A stretch of DNA of 61,702 bases, the filler included, from Bacteriovoracaceae bacterium (GTDB lineage Bacteria; Bdellovibrionota; Bacteriovoracia; Bacteriovoracales; Bacteriovoracaceae): assembly GCA_018649885.1 (NCBI GenBank). It is 5 parts of 5 records of this genome, joined end to end, with 100 filler letters (N's around TTAATTAATTAA, not from the genome) between each part and the next. Parts side by side here need not be neighbours in the genome. Positions count along the whole stretch, not along the records: positions 9,315 to 39,680 come from JABIHA010000100.1; 4 more parts are not named here. One strand, given 5' to 3'. The notes beneath the pieces are model-generated. The model worked only from the letters and a program-made list of their open reading frames with translations, made no database searches and had not been told where the DNA came from. Both the position numbers and the translations under genes were made by a program. Positions 21,422-31,364 of the stretch are shown in pieces (the stretch's first letter is position 1; every line of letters begins with the position of its first letter).

Positions 21422-21751
21422 TTACAAACCGTAACTTAGCCCAAAATTGGTGGCGTTAACATAGACACCTCCAGAACCTGTACAGCTAAATGTTTTATTC
21501 CTTCTATCAAGAAGCTGATCAGTAAAGGCCTTCTGCCCTTGAAAATTTCTAAACTTAATATGACAAGAGTAGCTCTTATCAGCATTTTGAATCACGCTGT
21601 AGTAGATGTTCTTGCCATGTGAGTCCGTCATTCTGTGAGAATGCACAAACTTCGCAAGCCCTCGATTATTATGATTTATATTAAATGTAATATTAGCGGC
21701 CAGTGTTACATTACTGACTACTATCAAAAACATGAGTACAATTTTTTTCAT
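21422..21751 (-). CDS. secreted hypothetical protein
   Basis: signal peptide, RBS, hairpin at about 21378-21398. Confidence 0.65.
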   Translation of the reverse strand: MKKIVLMFLIVVSNVTLAANITFNINHNNRGLAKFVHSHRMTDSHGKNIYYSVIQNADKSYSCHIKFRNFQGQKAFTDQLLDRRNKTFSCTGSGGVYVNATNFGLSYGL

Positions 21752-21829
21752 ACCTTGCTCCTCGCTAGGTCTCTAGTATCAAATTGAACAGTACATAATA
21801 ATGATTTAACTCAATTTTGGGGCTCTACA

Positions 21830-23041
21830 TTATGAGTGTAATTGCTTACTACTATTAATTTTATAGGCCATAAAGAGACTTGTAAGCATTAATGCCACAG
21901 AGAGGTAACCTACCAAGTCAAAGCGAGTAAGCTCTCCACTGGCCCCTTGACCAATTATAAGACCCCCAATGAATGTAGAACTAGCAGATCCTAGGGCCCT
22001 TACTGAGCCAAGAAGGCCCAGGTAAGTTCCACGCTCTTTCGGGCCCGGAATTTCAGTTATCATGGTCATACAGGGAATCATCCTTCCCGATACTACTGAC
22101 ATAAACACAGACATTAAAATAATATAGCTCACAAGCGTGATGGGTCCAGTGTTTGTAAAGACCAGGATGGGGATAATAGCTCCCAAGGCCAAGGCATTAA
22201 AAACCCTAAAGGCACCATAACGGTCAGTCATCTTCCCAAAAAGCCTTGAAGTCACAACAGTAACCAATCCTCCCACTAAATACATAAACTTGAGATCACT
22301 CTGCAAAATCCCCATATTTTGAACTGAAAATGGAGCTATAAAAGGAATTAATAAAAACATGGAAAAAGACACAATAAAAATCATTACGTGCCCCAATGGA
22401 TTACGCTGATAACTCAAAGTATGCCGGTATTTCTTCACAACCTCTACAAAACGAAGTTTAGTAATACCAGCGGGAATACCGGGAGTGCATAGAGCAAGTA
22501 AGAAAAGTGGAATTACTGAAAAGGCAGCTATACAATAAAAGGTCGAATTAAATCCCCAGCGGTCGGCGACGGCAAGCCCCAAGGGAACTCCTAAAACACT
22601 TGCAGCTGAAAAGGCTCCCATTATGGCACCCATCGCTTTCCCCCTGCGCTCATAGGGAACGAGATGACTAATAGAGGCCATCACTAGACCATTAACAGCT
22701 CCTCCAAAAAGACCTGTAAATATCCGCGCACTTAGTAGCTCCGAAAAGCTAGAGGAGTAACCACATAAGAAGGTCCCCAGCGCGAGCCCAAAAAAGGCCA
22801 AGACAAGAAGTCTTTTCAAATCATAACGATCTGCAATCGCCCCTAAAACTAATCCTGAAAAACAGGCGGCAATATTGTAACTCGACACAAGGCCCGCAAA
22901 CTCCACGGGACTTATGGAAAATTTCTTCATCATTAGCGGACCAAGTGGCATCATCACCACAAAGTCTACCATGTGACAAAATTGTACCGTGGCCAATATG
23001 GCCACGACCAATTTTTCACGAGAAATATTTTGAGTAGACAA
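21830..23041 (-). CDS. MFS transporter
   Basis: about 12 TM segments, GAIADRYDLKR motif A, GKMTDRYG. Confidence 0.9.
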   Translation of the reverse strand: MSTQNISREKLVVAILATVQFCHMVDFVVMMPLGPLMMKKFSISPVEFAGLVSSYNIAACFSGLVLGAIADRYDLKRLLVLAFFGLALGTFLCGYSSSFSELLSARIFTGLFGGAVNGLVMASISHLVPYERRGKAMGAIMGAFSAASVLGVPLGLAVADRWGFNSTFYCIAAFSVIPLFLLALCTPGIPAGITKLRFVEVVKKYRHTLSYQRNPLGHVMIFIVSFSMFLLIPFIAPFSVQNMGILQSDLKFMYLVGGLVTVVTSRLFGKMTDRYGAFRVFNALALGAIIPILVFTNTGPITLVSYIILMSVFMSVVSGRMIPCMTMITEIPGPKERGTYLGLLGSVRALGSASSTFIGGLIIGQGASGELTRFDLVGYLSVALMLTSLFMAYKINSSKQLHS

Positions 23042-23068
23042 TCAGATTCCTTTTAGGCAAATCAGCAA

Positions 23069-23503
23069 TTAGAGGTTTTGTTTAATCTGTGAGCACAGGC
23101 GGAGGGCATCCTCACTAGTGATTTTAAATTCAACTTCGTTGAAATCATCATCCATATAGTATTCCCAAGGAGCTTTTCCAAAATGCTTTTCATCACGGTA
23201 CCTAGGAAGAAGATGCCAGTGTACGTGCTCTTCCATATTTCCAAGGGACTGGTAATTCATTTTGTAGCAAGAAAATGTTTTAACAATTGCATTTGTGGCC
23301 ACCATTAACTCATCACTGAGTTCGAGATAGTCATCTCGTTTCATATCGTGTAGCTCACGAACGTGATTTTTTAATAGCAGTAAGCTATGGCCTTTAAAAA
23401 TTTGATGATCGCCCAAAACAAAAATAGAATGTTTGAACTCATGAATGAAAAATGGATAATTTTGACCTAAGGTGGATTCAACTCTCTGACAAACACCGCA
23501 CAT
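23069..23503 (-). CDS. HIT family hydrolase
   Basis: N-terminal CxxC, HVHWH histidine triad. Confidence 0.88.
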   Translation of the reverse strand: MCGVCQRVESTLGQNYPFFIHEFKHSIFVLGDHQIFKGHSLLLLKNHVRELHDMKRDDYLELSDELMVATNAIVKTFSCYKMNYQSLGNMEEHVHWHLLPRYRDEKHFGKAPWEYYMDDDFNEVEFKITSEDALRLCSQIKQNL

Positions 23504-23512
23504 ACTAGTCCT

Positions 23513-23872
23513 TTATCTCCCTGAAAAATTTGCTGCTACAAACTTTCCTTTAAGATTCAAAAAAATGAATAATATCTTCTTCTTTTCATCTTTAATTTTA
23601 GCGTTATTAAATGAAACAACCCACTCCTTGATTGTCTTTAACACTTTCCCGGACTTGTTCTTTTTTTCAAAAGTTTTAATTTCAAAGCTTACAATCGTAG
23701 CTTCAAGCCAGCTTTTTTCAAGTTTTTCATTTTTAACTAATTTGCCTAGCTCAAACTTGGCCCTGACAATAACCTGATCTTTTTTTATCTTTTTACCATG
23801 ATGGTGATTACTGTGAGCAAAAGAACTTACAGGGCCCAAAAGTAAAATAAGTGAAATTAAAAAGTGGTGCAT
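23513..23872 (-). CDS. secreted His-rich protein (DUF6488-like)
   Basis: signal peptide then HSNHHHG; EWVVSFNN...G.FVAANFSG; downstream of HupE/UreJ. Confidence 0.65.
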   Translation of the reverse strand: MHHFLISLILLLGPVSSFAHSNHHHGKKIKKDQVIVRAKFELGKLVKNEKLEKSWLEATIVSFEIKTFEKKNKSGKVLKTIKEWVVSFNNAKIKDEKKKILFIFLNLKGKFVAANFSGR

Positions 23873-23884
23873 GTAAGCTCCTAT

Positions 23885-24664
23885 TTATAAACTATTTTCG
23901 TGGTGAATATTTCCCTCAGTTTCTGTACTGTCCATATCCTCGTGAGCATGAGAGTGACCATCTTTAGAAAATCCAAACTCATCAGGGCCAGAAGTATGAA
24001 GGTAGCCGTGAAGTTGCATAAGTAAAAGCATAAATCCGGCAAGAATGATTCCATCATTGGCCACTTTAGAGAACTTTTTAAATCCATGAGTGTGCCTGAC
24101 TCCTGAAAGCACTAAAAGCATAATTCCAAGTGCCACAATTTGCCCCAGCTCTACTCCAAGGTTAAAGGAGATAATCCTCATGAGCATCGCCCCACCTTTT
24201 TCTCCCAATGGCAGTTGCTGCAGTCTGGTAGAGAGTCCAAAGCCGTGAATAAGTCCAAAAGCTAGAACCATTAAAAGTAAGTTGGGTGCTTTTTTCATGC
24301 CAAAATAGTTTTCAAAACCATTATTGTTATCAAAACCCTTGTAACAAACGCTAAGTGCAATAACTGCATCCACAAGCCAATAATTGGCGCTAATTCCTAA
24401 AAAAGTAGCAAAAATGAGGGTGATACTATGACCAAGGGTAAAAATACTGATGAATTTTACAATCTCTTTAAAGGTAGTGAGGAAGAAAATCACTCCAAAT
24501 AAAAAAAGCAAGTGATCATATCCTGTGATCATGTGTTCGGCACCAAGCATGAGGTATTGAAGGTAACCTCCCTCAATCATAGCGCGCTTAGCTTCTTCAC
24601 TGATCCCATGGGAAAAACTATTCGCCATCCAAAACAGCGGTAACAACTTTAAAGTAACAAGCAA
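23885..24664 (-). CDS. HupE/UreJ family membrane protein (Ni/Co uptake-like)
   Basis: GAEHMITGYDHLLFL, FTLGHSITL, FGLIHGFG, SFNLGVELGQ; TTG start after GAGAGG. Confidence 0.88.
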   Translation of the reverse strand: MLVTLKLLPLFWMANSFSHGISEEAKRAMIEGGYLQYLMLGAEHMITGYDHLLFLFGVIFFLTTFKEIVKFISIFTLGHSITLIFATFLGISANYWLVDAVIALSVCYKGFDNNNGFENYFGMKKAPNLLLMVLAFGLIHGFGLSTRLQQLPLGEKGGAMLMRIISFNLGVELGQIVALGIMLLVLSGVRHTHGFKKFSKVANDGIILAGFMLLLMQLHGYLHTSGPDEFGFSKDGHSHAHEDMDSTETEGNIHHENSL

Positions 24665-24892
24665 CTTAACCTCTCTTATGATCTTGATATTGAAACCCAC
24701 TTCCTTCACTGTAGTCAATTTCAAAATAGCCGCAACTAGGCTGCTCTGCATGAAAAATCAAAAATGTCTCTCAACTTATTAAAAAAATTCATTTCGAAAG
24801 GATCAAAAAATGAGTAAGCTGTTTGAAAAAATGTTACTGGCATTTCACTCAATTGTAGAGATTCAGTTTGCCTATTCTCGCTAGGGTCCAAT

Positions 24893-26578
24893 ATGGAAGT
24901 TTTTAAAATAATATATTCAGTGCTTGGGGGCCTAGGCATCTTTTTTTACGGTATGAAATCAATGTCAGAGGCACTGCAATCAGTGGCCGGTGATATGATT
25001 AAAAATATCATCAATACCCTTACAAAAAAACGTATATACGCGGTGATGGTCGGCACATTTGTCACCATGTTAGTTCAAAGCTCCTCGGTTACAACTGTGA
25101 TGGTTGTAGGTTTCGTTAACGCAGGTTTGATGAAACTCACTCAGGCCATTGGAATTATCTTTGGTGCCAATATCGGAACAACTATCACTGGTTGGATTAT
25201 TTCCATCAAAGTTGGAAAATATGGGCTTCTCTTTATTGGCCTTGGAATCTTTCCCATGCTTTTTGGAAAGAAAAATAATATCAGACAAATTGGTAGAGTT
25301 TTGTTTGGTATAGGGATGATTTTCTTTGGTCTTAAAATAATGAGTGATGCTTTTAAACCACTACGTGCAATGCCAGAATTTTTAGATGCCATTAGCTACT
25401 TTTCTGGACAGCATTATGGGTCGTACTTTGCGAGTATTATCGTTGGCTGTCTATTGACTATGATTGTTCAGTCTTCATCGGCCATGCTGGGAATCACAAT
25501 AGCGCTGGCCAGTACAGGGGTTATTGAATTTCACACTGCCGCAGCCCTAGTACTTGGTGAAAATATAGGGACAACCATTACAGCACTTCTTGCTTCATTT
25601 GGGGCCAATATTAATGCTATACGGGCGGCTAGGGCCCACGCCATATTCAACTTGTTAGGGGTGCTCTTCATATTCTCTATTTTTCCTTATTACATTGAGT
25701 TTGTTGACTGGGTAGTTCCGGGAAGTACAGCTGCAGTGGGAGCTGATGGAGAATTTACTAATGTGGCCGTACACATCGCTTCAGGACACTCAATTTTTAA
25801 CATCACTGCAACAGTCCTATTTCTTCCATTCCTAAATAAATTAGCAAACTTGGTAATTAAAATTACCCCAGATCGTGAAACAAAAGAGCAGCATCACTTG
25901 GTCATGTTGGGAGAGCCAAAAGATATGATCCCGGCAACCTCTCTTGCCCAGGCCAAAGCCGAAACAGACAAGCTAAAAGAGATAGTCGATAAAATGTATA
26001 ATTTATCAAAGGCCATCTTGAAAGAAAAAGTCGATGAGAGCTCAAAATCCAAGGCCATTGCAAAAATCAAAGACTATGAGCAAATTACGGATAATATCCA
26101 AAAAGAGATAACAGTTTTCCTCGTAAAACTTTTTGAGGTTCCCCTTTCCGCCAAGGAAAGTAGAGAAGCACAATCACTGATGAAAGTAGCCGATGAACTT
26201 GAATCAGTTGCTGATTACCTAACAAGTTTGACTGTTTACTCCACTCGTATGCCACTTTCAGAGTTACTTGAAAATGAAGCTGGAAGCGATTTTTTCAAAT
26301 TCTTTAAAGAGGTCAAAGCCTTTTATAAAATGTCAGCAAATAATGTTGTCACTGAAGAGCCTATTGATCTCACTTTGATTCAAAGAAAATCAGAAGAGCT
26401 AAGACTGAGGGCCAATGATATCCGCGATCGTCATATTCAACGTGTTGGAAAAGGTGAGTGTCAACCACTTACTGCCCTCACTTATTCTGATATGATTGTG
26501 GCCCTCCGAAAAATCAGAAGCCACTCTGAAAATATTGCCCAAGCCTATGGGCAGGCCTTAATGGAAGAGGCAACCTAA
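24893..26578 (+). CDS. Na/Pi cotransporter family protein with PhoU-like C-terminus
   Basis: two QSSS motifs, GANIGTT and GENIGTT. Confidence 0.92.
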   Translation: MEVFKIIYSVLGGLGIFFYGMKSMSEALQSVAGDMIKNIINTLTKKRIYAVMVGTFVTMLVQSSSVTTVMVVGFVNAGLMKLTQAIGIIFGANIGTTITGWIISIKVGKYGLLFIGLGIFPMLFGKKNNIRQIGRVLFGIGMIFFGLKIMSDAFKPLRAMPEFLDAISYFSGQHYGSYFASIIVGCLLTMIVQSSSAMLGITIALASTGVIEFHTAAALVLGENIGTTITALLASFGANINAIRAARAHAIFNLLGVLFIFSIFPYYIEFVDWVVPGSTAAVGADGEFTNVAVHIASGHSIFNITATVLFLPFLNKLANLVIKITPDRETKEQHHLVMLGEPKDMIPATSLAQAKAETDKLKEIVDKMYNLSKAILKEKVDESSKSKAIAKIKDYEQITDNIQKEITVFLVKLFEVPLSAKESREAQSLMKVADELESVADYLTSLTVYSTRMPLSELLENEAGSDFFKFFKEVKAFYKMSANNVVTEEPIDLTLIQRKSEELRLRANDIRDRHIQRVGKGECQPLTALTYSDMIVALRKIRSHSENIAQAYGQALMEEAT

Positions 26579-26589
26579 CGCAAGTCAAT

Positions 26590-26946
26590 TTACTTTCCGT
26601 AGTAAATCCCTACGGATAAAATGGCGATCCCGTTAAGGATCAGTGTCACTTCAGGGAAAGTTCCATACATGCTTATTCTTTTGTGAATTTCTTGTCCGGA
26701 AGGTACTCTCTTTAATTCTTTTTGCAGTATTTGTCTCACATATGGCTCTTGCTTAATTCGAAGGTTTCTTCCTTGGAAAAAAACATATTCTAAAAAGACA
26801 GTAAATCCCAAAACCATATACTGGATATAGGCGATTTTAAATGGGGCATATATAAGGAAAATGGCAAGTGGAAAGGCCGTAGTTAGCAATAACAAGAGAA
26901 GCTTAATGCCTTGTAGTTTTACATAATAATAGCCATACTTCACCAT
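26590..26946 (-). CDS. hypothetical membrane protein
   Basis: GAGGA RBS, 2-3 hydrophobic segments. Confidence 0.6.
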   Translation of the reverse strand: MVKYGYYYVKLQGIKLLLLLLTTAFPLAIFLIYAPFKIAYIQYMVLGFTVFLEYVFFQGRNLRIKQEPYVRQILQKELKRVPSGQEIHKRISMYGTFPEVTLILNGIAILSVGIYYGK

Positions 26947-27124
26947 AGAGTCCTCACAAGTACAATATTTTCATTATAGATTAGAATACCACCGGAAATC
27001 AAATTAAGTAGGGGCAAGTAAAATGAATGTGGAGAATGTAAATCCTCAACTCAACACTAGGACCTGTGAAATAAAGGGTTGTTGATAAAAGAAGTTGACC
27101 ATTTTTCAAATTACATTTTTGTGG

Positions 27125-27322
27125 GGGAACTGCTTGTGTTGGTTTGAATTTCTTTGACTCTTGGGTGGAGTTTGGTTGCACGCCCTAGGGAGTTTCGTGA
27201 AATTTAGTAAGTAAGATAATGGGGCTTCTATCAAGGCGGAGATTTTTAGAAAGTGTGATCTTTTATTGATGTATCGCTCGAGCTTAGGTTTATTTTTGGT
27301 GGTAGTAAAAGCTTTTATGGAA
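27125..27322 (+). repeat. left arm of ~197-bp imperfect inverted repeat
   Basis: reverse complement of 28587-28783; core 27203-27282 matches 28625-28704 at 78/80. Confidence 0.95.
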
Positions 27323-27394
27323 AGGGGCGTATGTGGTTTTGGTGGTATTAATAGGCTTTGATGAGAGTTCGGTGTTTTATGGGTGGTATTCGCG

Positions 27395-27447
27395 AAGCCG
27401 CGCCTTACGGCTTGCCTGTCTTGGTGTGTTCCGCCGCAGGCGGTTTT
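27395..27447 (+). terminator. two GC-rich hairpins, the second followed by a T-tract
   Basis: AAGCCG-N7-CGGCTT; CCGCC-GCA-GGCGG-TTTT. Confidence 0.5.
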
Positions 27448-27523
27448 GTGGATGAGGTTTTTAGGTGCAACTCGATCTCGAAGAGCAAGGCAAAAGAAAA
27501 AATTGTGAGAGTCTAGCTGATTT

Positions 27524-28394
27524 TTAGCTCTGATTTATATAGAGATCCATTTTTTGTTGCGAGAGTGCCACTATGGCAGCTCTCGCATTGCAATTAGAGC
27601 ATAAGTGGCGCAGGTTCCCAATCGTCGATGCTCCCCCCATACTATGGGGAGTAATATGATCAAAATGCAGATTGTATTTTGAGCCACAATTTTCACACTT
27701 ATTACCTGATCTTGTTATCACTGCTTTTTTGATAGCAGCTGAGATGGTTCTTGAGTTTGTGATAGGTTTTGATTTTCTAGACCCAAGTGAAGCGGTCTTT
27801 TTTCTAATAATGGCTGCCGTCCCTGTGATGGCGTGTCCGATGATATCTTCTGTACTGTAAAGACCCTTATTTGAAAGCTGCTCTTTAATAAACTGATAAT
27901 CTTTTGCTGTTTGTCCCACTAAGGTGAGGTGGATGCGAAGGCTTCCATCTGAGTGTGATCGGGTTTGGGGTCTTGTCGCACGTTTTTTACCTGTCAGCTT
28001 CTCCACAAGCTCTCTTGTTTGGGTTTGAGTTTTCCCCACAATGCTACTTAGGATCTCATTTTTCTTTTTATTACTTTTGATACCATCCACTAAGCTTGAT
28101 ACTTCTGCTAGGTTTGTCAGTGTTACTTGTTTTTTTGCCAGTGCTTTATCAGCATTTGGTACAAGTCTTAGAGTTTTTGCCGCCAGAATTCTTCGACTTG
28201 TCTCACTATCACTTTTATTGAAATTTTTGCGGATATATTTAAAAAGTGAGCCTTCTTTATCATCACAAAAAAGCCTTCTTCTATTAACTTCATTAATTAT
28301 GTCTGAGAAACTGACGAGTGCAGTGTTCTTCTTTTTCATTCCACATTTTAGTGTCTGCTATAAGTCTTTCATCTGATAAATTTTGTAGTGACAA
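27524..28394 (-). CDS. HNH endonuclease (DUF222-like N-terminus) with a +1 frameshift near 28297
   Basis: C-terminal CENCG...FDHITPHSMGG.STIGNLRHLCSNCN; GGGAGG-N5-TTG start at 28394 giving MSLQNLSDERLIADTK...FLRH, continuing as INEVNRRRLF in the next frame. Confidence 0.85.
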
Positions 28395-28586
28395 AGCTAC
28401 CTCCCAAGTGAAAGTAATATACCATTTTGATCTCGTTTATTAAATAAAAAGGTTCAATCTTATCCCATATAAAAACCTCCAAGAGCATTACAGGAGACCT
28501 TTTCAAGCTATCAAACAGTCCCCCCTTCTCAAGAAAACTCAAAGTAAAACAAAAATTCAAACAACCACAGGCTATCAAAATTCCTC

Positions 28587-28783
28587 TTCCATAAAAGAAT
28601 CACTACCACCGAAAATAAATTCACCTCGAGCGAGACATCAATAAAAGATCACACTTTCTAAAAATCTCCGCCTTGATAGAAGCCCCATTATCTCACTTAC
28701 TAAAGCTCACAAGTTTCCCTTGGGCGTGCAATCCAACTCCATCCCAGAGTCAAACAAGCACAATCCAACACCAGCACCTTCCC
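28587..28783 (-). repeat. right arm of ~197-bp imperfect inverted repeat
   Basis: reverse complement of 27125-27322. Confidence 0.95.
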
Positions 28784-29027
28784 GTTAATAGGACCTTACT
28801 AAAACAAAAGATATAACCTGGCCGACTATTCGTTTTTTATTTAGATATCCTCAGAAAATATACAGATTCAAAATCTAGACATTTCCCCCCACCAGTTTCT
28901 ATATACTTCTCCCCCCTATTTAGGCACATTAATTGCACTTTTAATATGTACGAATAGTCGTTTTATATAAATTTTATTTATCTCTGGTGTAAAAAAAATG
29001 ATTTAGTTTCATTAACCGGAGAGAAAA

Positions 29028-30125
29028 ATGAAAATACAATTCACGTTAGCAAATGTTATGGCAGCTCTTACCTTGTTCATTTCTATCAACGTAATCGCGA
29101 GCGATCTCGATGATTCAAAGAAGCCAAGTAATCTCACAATTACATTGATTCTCAACTCACAACCTAGTCACAATAATTTCACTCGTTATGTGAAGTTTAA
29201 AAATATTGCAGGAAGAACAAAATCAGTAGCGGTTTCATTTACAAAGAGCTCTTACTTAAATTATGAAGGCGTAGTAACAGCAAGTGGACTTACCACACTA
29301 GAGAGTATGGCAGAAAATAATAATCGCTCATATTGGGATAAAATGTACTTTCAGAACAAAGGCGGAAGTACTGCACTCGATATTAACCAATTTTTCATAT
29401 ATGTAGAATACGATCAAACTTGCTGTGGAAGAGAGCAAGTTGCTCAAATTGGCTATATGTCCAGTCAATACCTTGATTCTGGAAGCGACTCATTTTATAT
29501 TGCTGCCTACACTGGAAGAAGACTATACGCTCAAGACTATCTTGGCATAAATTATTCTGAGTTTAGAAGCTTTCCAAGTGTTGCACGCTATATGATCTAT
29601 GATATTGGCAAAAGTGGAAGTAGTGATGCAAGTGACTCACTTTCTTCATCGAATCCCAAGTACGCTTCTAGTGGCAGTAGCCTTTGTAGTGAAACTATTT
29701 CTTGGTACTACTATGAGTATGGTGTTTCTATTTCTAACCAATACCTCCCTTGGCTTACCTATAATTTCAAAAATATTGAGTCCCATGCAGATATGCACGA
29801 CCAGTTCAAATATGCAGGAAGACTCTATTGCTATCATGCTGGATACAAAGAATGGATCAAAAAAGATATAAGCTATAATTGGGTTCTAAGTGACTCCTAT
29901 CATCCACAAGCTGGCGACTTCCTCGATAGAAGAGACTCCGATGGAGATAGCTCCAACGGTGATGATGGCCACGCTATGATGCTTATGGATTGGGATGAAA
30001 ATACTGGGATTGCCCAAACTCTTGATGGCCCTTGGAATATTAATTTTCGTCCAGTGAATGTAGAGAGCTCGGAGGTTAGTGGATCTCGAGACTACTGTGT
30101 AGGACGAATTCCCGCCAACGATTAG
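29028..30125 (+). CDS. secreted protein with C-terminal CHAP/NlpC-like Cys-His hydrolase domain
   Basis: signal peptide; LCSETISWYY, PQAGDF, GHAMMLM. Confidence 0.55.
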   Translation: MKIQFTLANVMAALTLFISINVIASDLDDSKKPSNLTITLILNSQPSHNNFTRYVKFKNIAGRTKSVAVSFTKSSYLNYEGVVTASGLTTLESMAENNNRSYWDKMYFQNKGGSTALDINQFFIYVEYDQTCCGREQVAQIGYMSSQYLDSGSDSFYIAAYTGRRLYAQDYLGINYSEFRSFPSVARYMIYDIGKSGSSDASDSLSSSNPKYASSGSSLCSETISWYYYEYGVSISNQYLPWLTYNFKNIESHADMHDQFKYAGRLYCYHAGYKEWIKKDISYNWVLSDSYHPQAGDFLDRRDSDGDSSNGDDGHAMMLMDWDENTGIAQTLDGPWNINFRPVNVESSEVSGSRDYCVGRIPAND

Positions 30126-30152
30126 TAGCATAAAGCTAAATTAACAAATTTT

Positions 30153-30186
30153 CTCAGCCTCACTTTTAGAAAAAAGGGAGGCTGAG
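30153..30186 (+). terminator. terminator-like hairpin
   Basis: CTCAGCCTC...GAGGCTGAG. Confidence 0.55.
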
Positions 30187-30331
30187 TTAAACGCTCAGTA
30201 AAACGTACAAAAATTAGAACACATGAGTAGTAATTCTTTCAGAAATATCAAAGAAATCGCACTGTATCATCTATCAAAGACTTTCCTCCCCAAGTAAGCC
30301 GTGATACCTAGTGAAATATCAAAGGATTTTC

Positions 30332-30691
30332 ATGAAAACACTTATTAGCATCATTTTACTCATGAGCTTTAACGCTCAGGCAGTCTATCTTAGTCACTGC
30401 TCAAATTACTCAAAAGAGCTTGAATACTCTTTTAGCTCTTGTATCAATAGCAATTTTAGTGAAATTGGGCGAAAACTCACAGGCGTCTATTTATCCAACT
30501 GCTATAGCTTTAATAAAGAAATTGACTACTCTTTTACCTCTTGTGTTCAAAACAACTTCAGCACTATCTCGAGGAAGCTCACAGGCCTTTACTTATCGTA
30601 TTGCTCCAATTACTCAAAAGAAGTTGAAAGCTCTTACGTCTACTGTATTCAAGGAAATTTTTCAGATATTCAACGAAAGCTTAATAAATAA
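30332..30691 (+). CDS. secreted protein with three tandem ~34-aa two-Cys repeats
   Basis: YLS.C.NYSKE....F..C...NF..I.RKL three times. Confidence 0.8.
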   Translation: MKTLISIILLMSFNAQAVYLSHCSNYSKELEYSFSSCINSNFSEIGRKLTGVYLSNCYSFNKEIDYSFTSCVQNNFSTISRKLTGLYLSYCSNYSKEVESSYVYCIQGNFSDIQRKLNK

Positions 30692-30724
30692 ATTTGGATT
30701 GGAACTAATAGATTATAGATGAAG

Positions 30725-30767
30725 TAATAATAACTCCAATCCCTAAAATGCGATTGGAGTTATTATT
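30725..30767. terminator. bidirectional terminator
   Basis: AATAATAACTCCAATC...GATTGGAGTTATTATT between convergent genes. Confidence 0.75.
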
Positions 30768-30783
30768 CTATTTTTTTTAAATC

Positions 30784-31156
30784 TTATTTGCCACTCATTA
30801 CTGGAATATTGTAATAGGTAAAACTTTTTTCGTAACAGTCATCTCTTTTACCTTTATTTTTCTTCACAACAAACCCTGGAAGACATCCAGCACGCTTCTT
30901 CTTGGCCCTACGACCAAGACCAGCAACACATTTATCACCACCCATCGCTGTATTCATTATGATTCGGTACGTAGCCTATAGGACAGCCAGCTGTTCCGGC
31001 CCTTTTTCCCTTTACGTATTTTGAACAGTAAAAGTCATTCAGCTTCCCCTTAAGTTTATAACCACCAACACATTTAATTTTGTGATGATACTGTGTTCCC
31101 GCCATGGCCGGAACACAAAAAGCCCCTAAAATAATTGCAATTAATAAAGCTCTCAT
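30784..31156 (-). CDS. secreted Cys-rich basic protein, frameshifted at 30941-30943
   Basis: RBS GGAGGAG, signal peptide; removing one G extends it with DGGDKCVAG...GCLPGF...DDCYEK...MSGK*, repeating the GCP.G motif. Confidence 0.7.
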
Positions 31157-31364
31157 AAAATCTCCTCCCAAGTGCCAATGACCTCTCAGGCCTCAGCAGT
31201 TTTTGATTGTTTTTCTCTCGCTTAAAAGAAATCGACAATGGCTTATCGGTGAAAGTGCAAATCACTAAATGGAACATCTTACTAAAAAGAGCGGTTTTCT
31301 ATATTTTTGGGTAGATAGAGGTAGGTTCTTAATACTTATAAATAGGATTTATCGATAGACGAAT

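Noticed and set aside
26999..27282. Open frames running through the inverted-repeat arms
   Set aside because: The CA-rich strand is T-poor so has few stops; differences between arms are not biased to synonymous sites; no RBS
27524..28394. HNH protein as IscB or Cas9-like nuclease
   Set aside because: No recognisable split RuvC or PLMP motifs; the HNH domain is C-terminal
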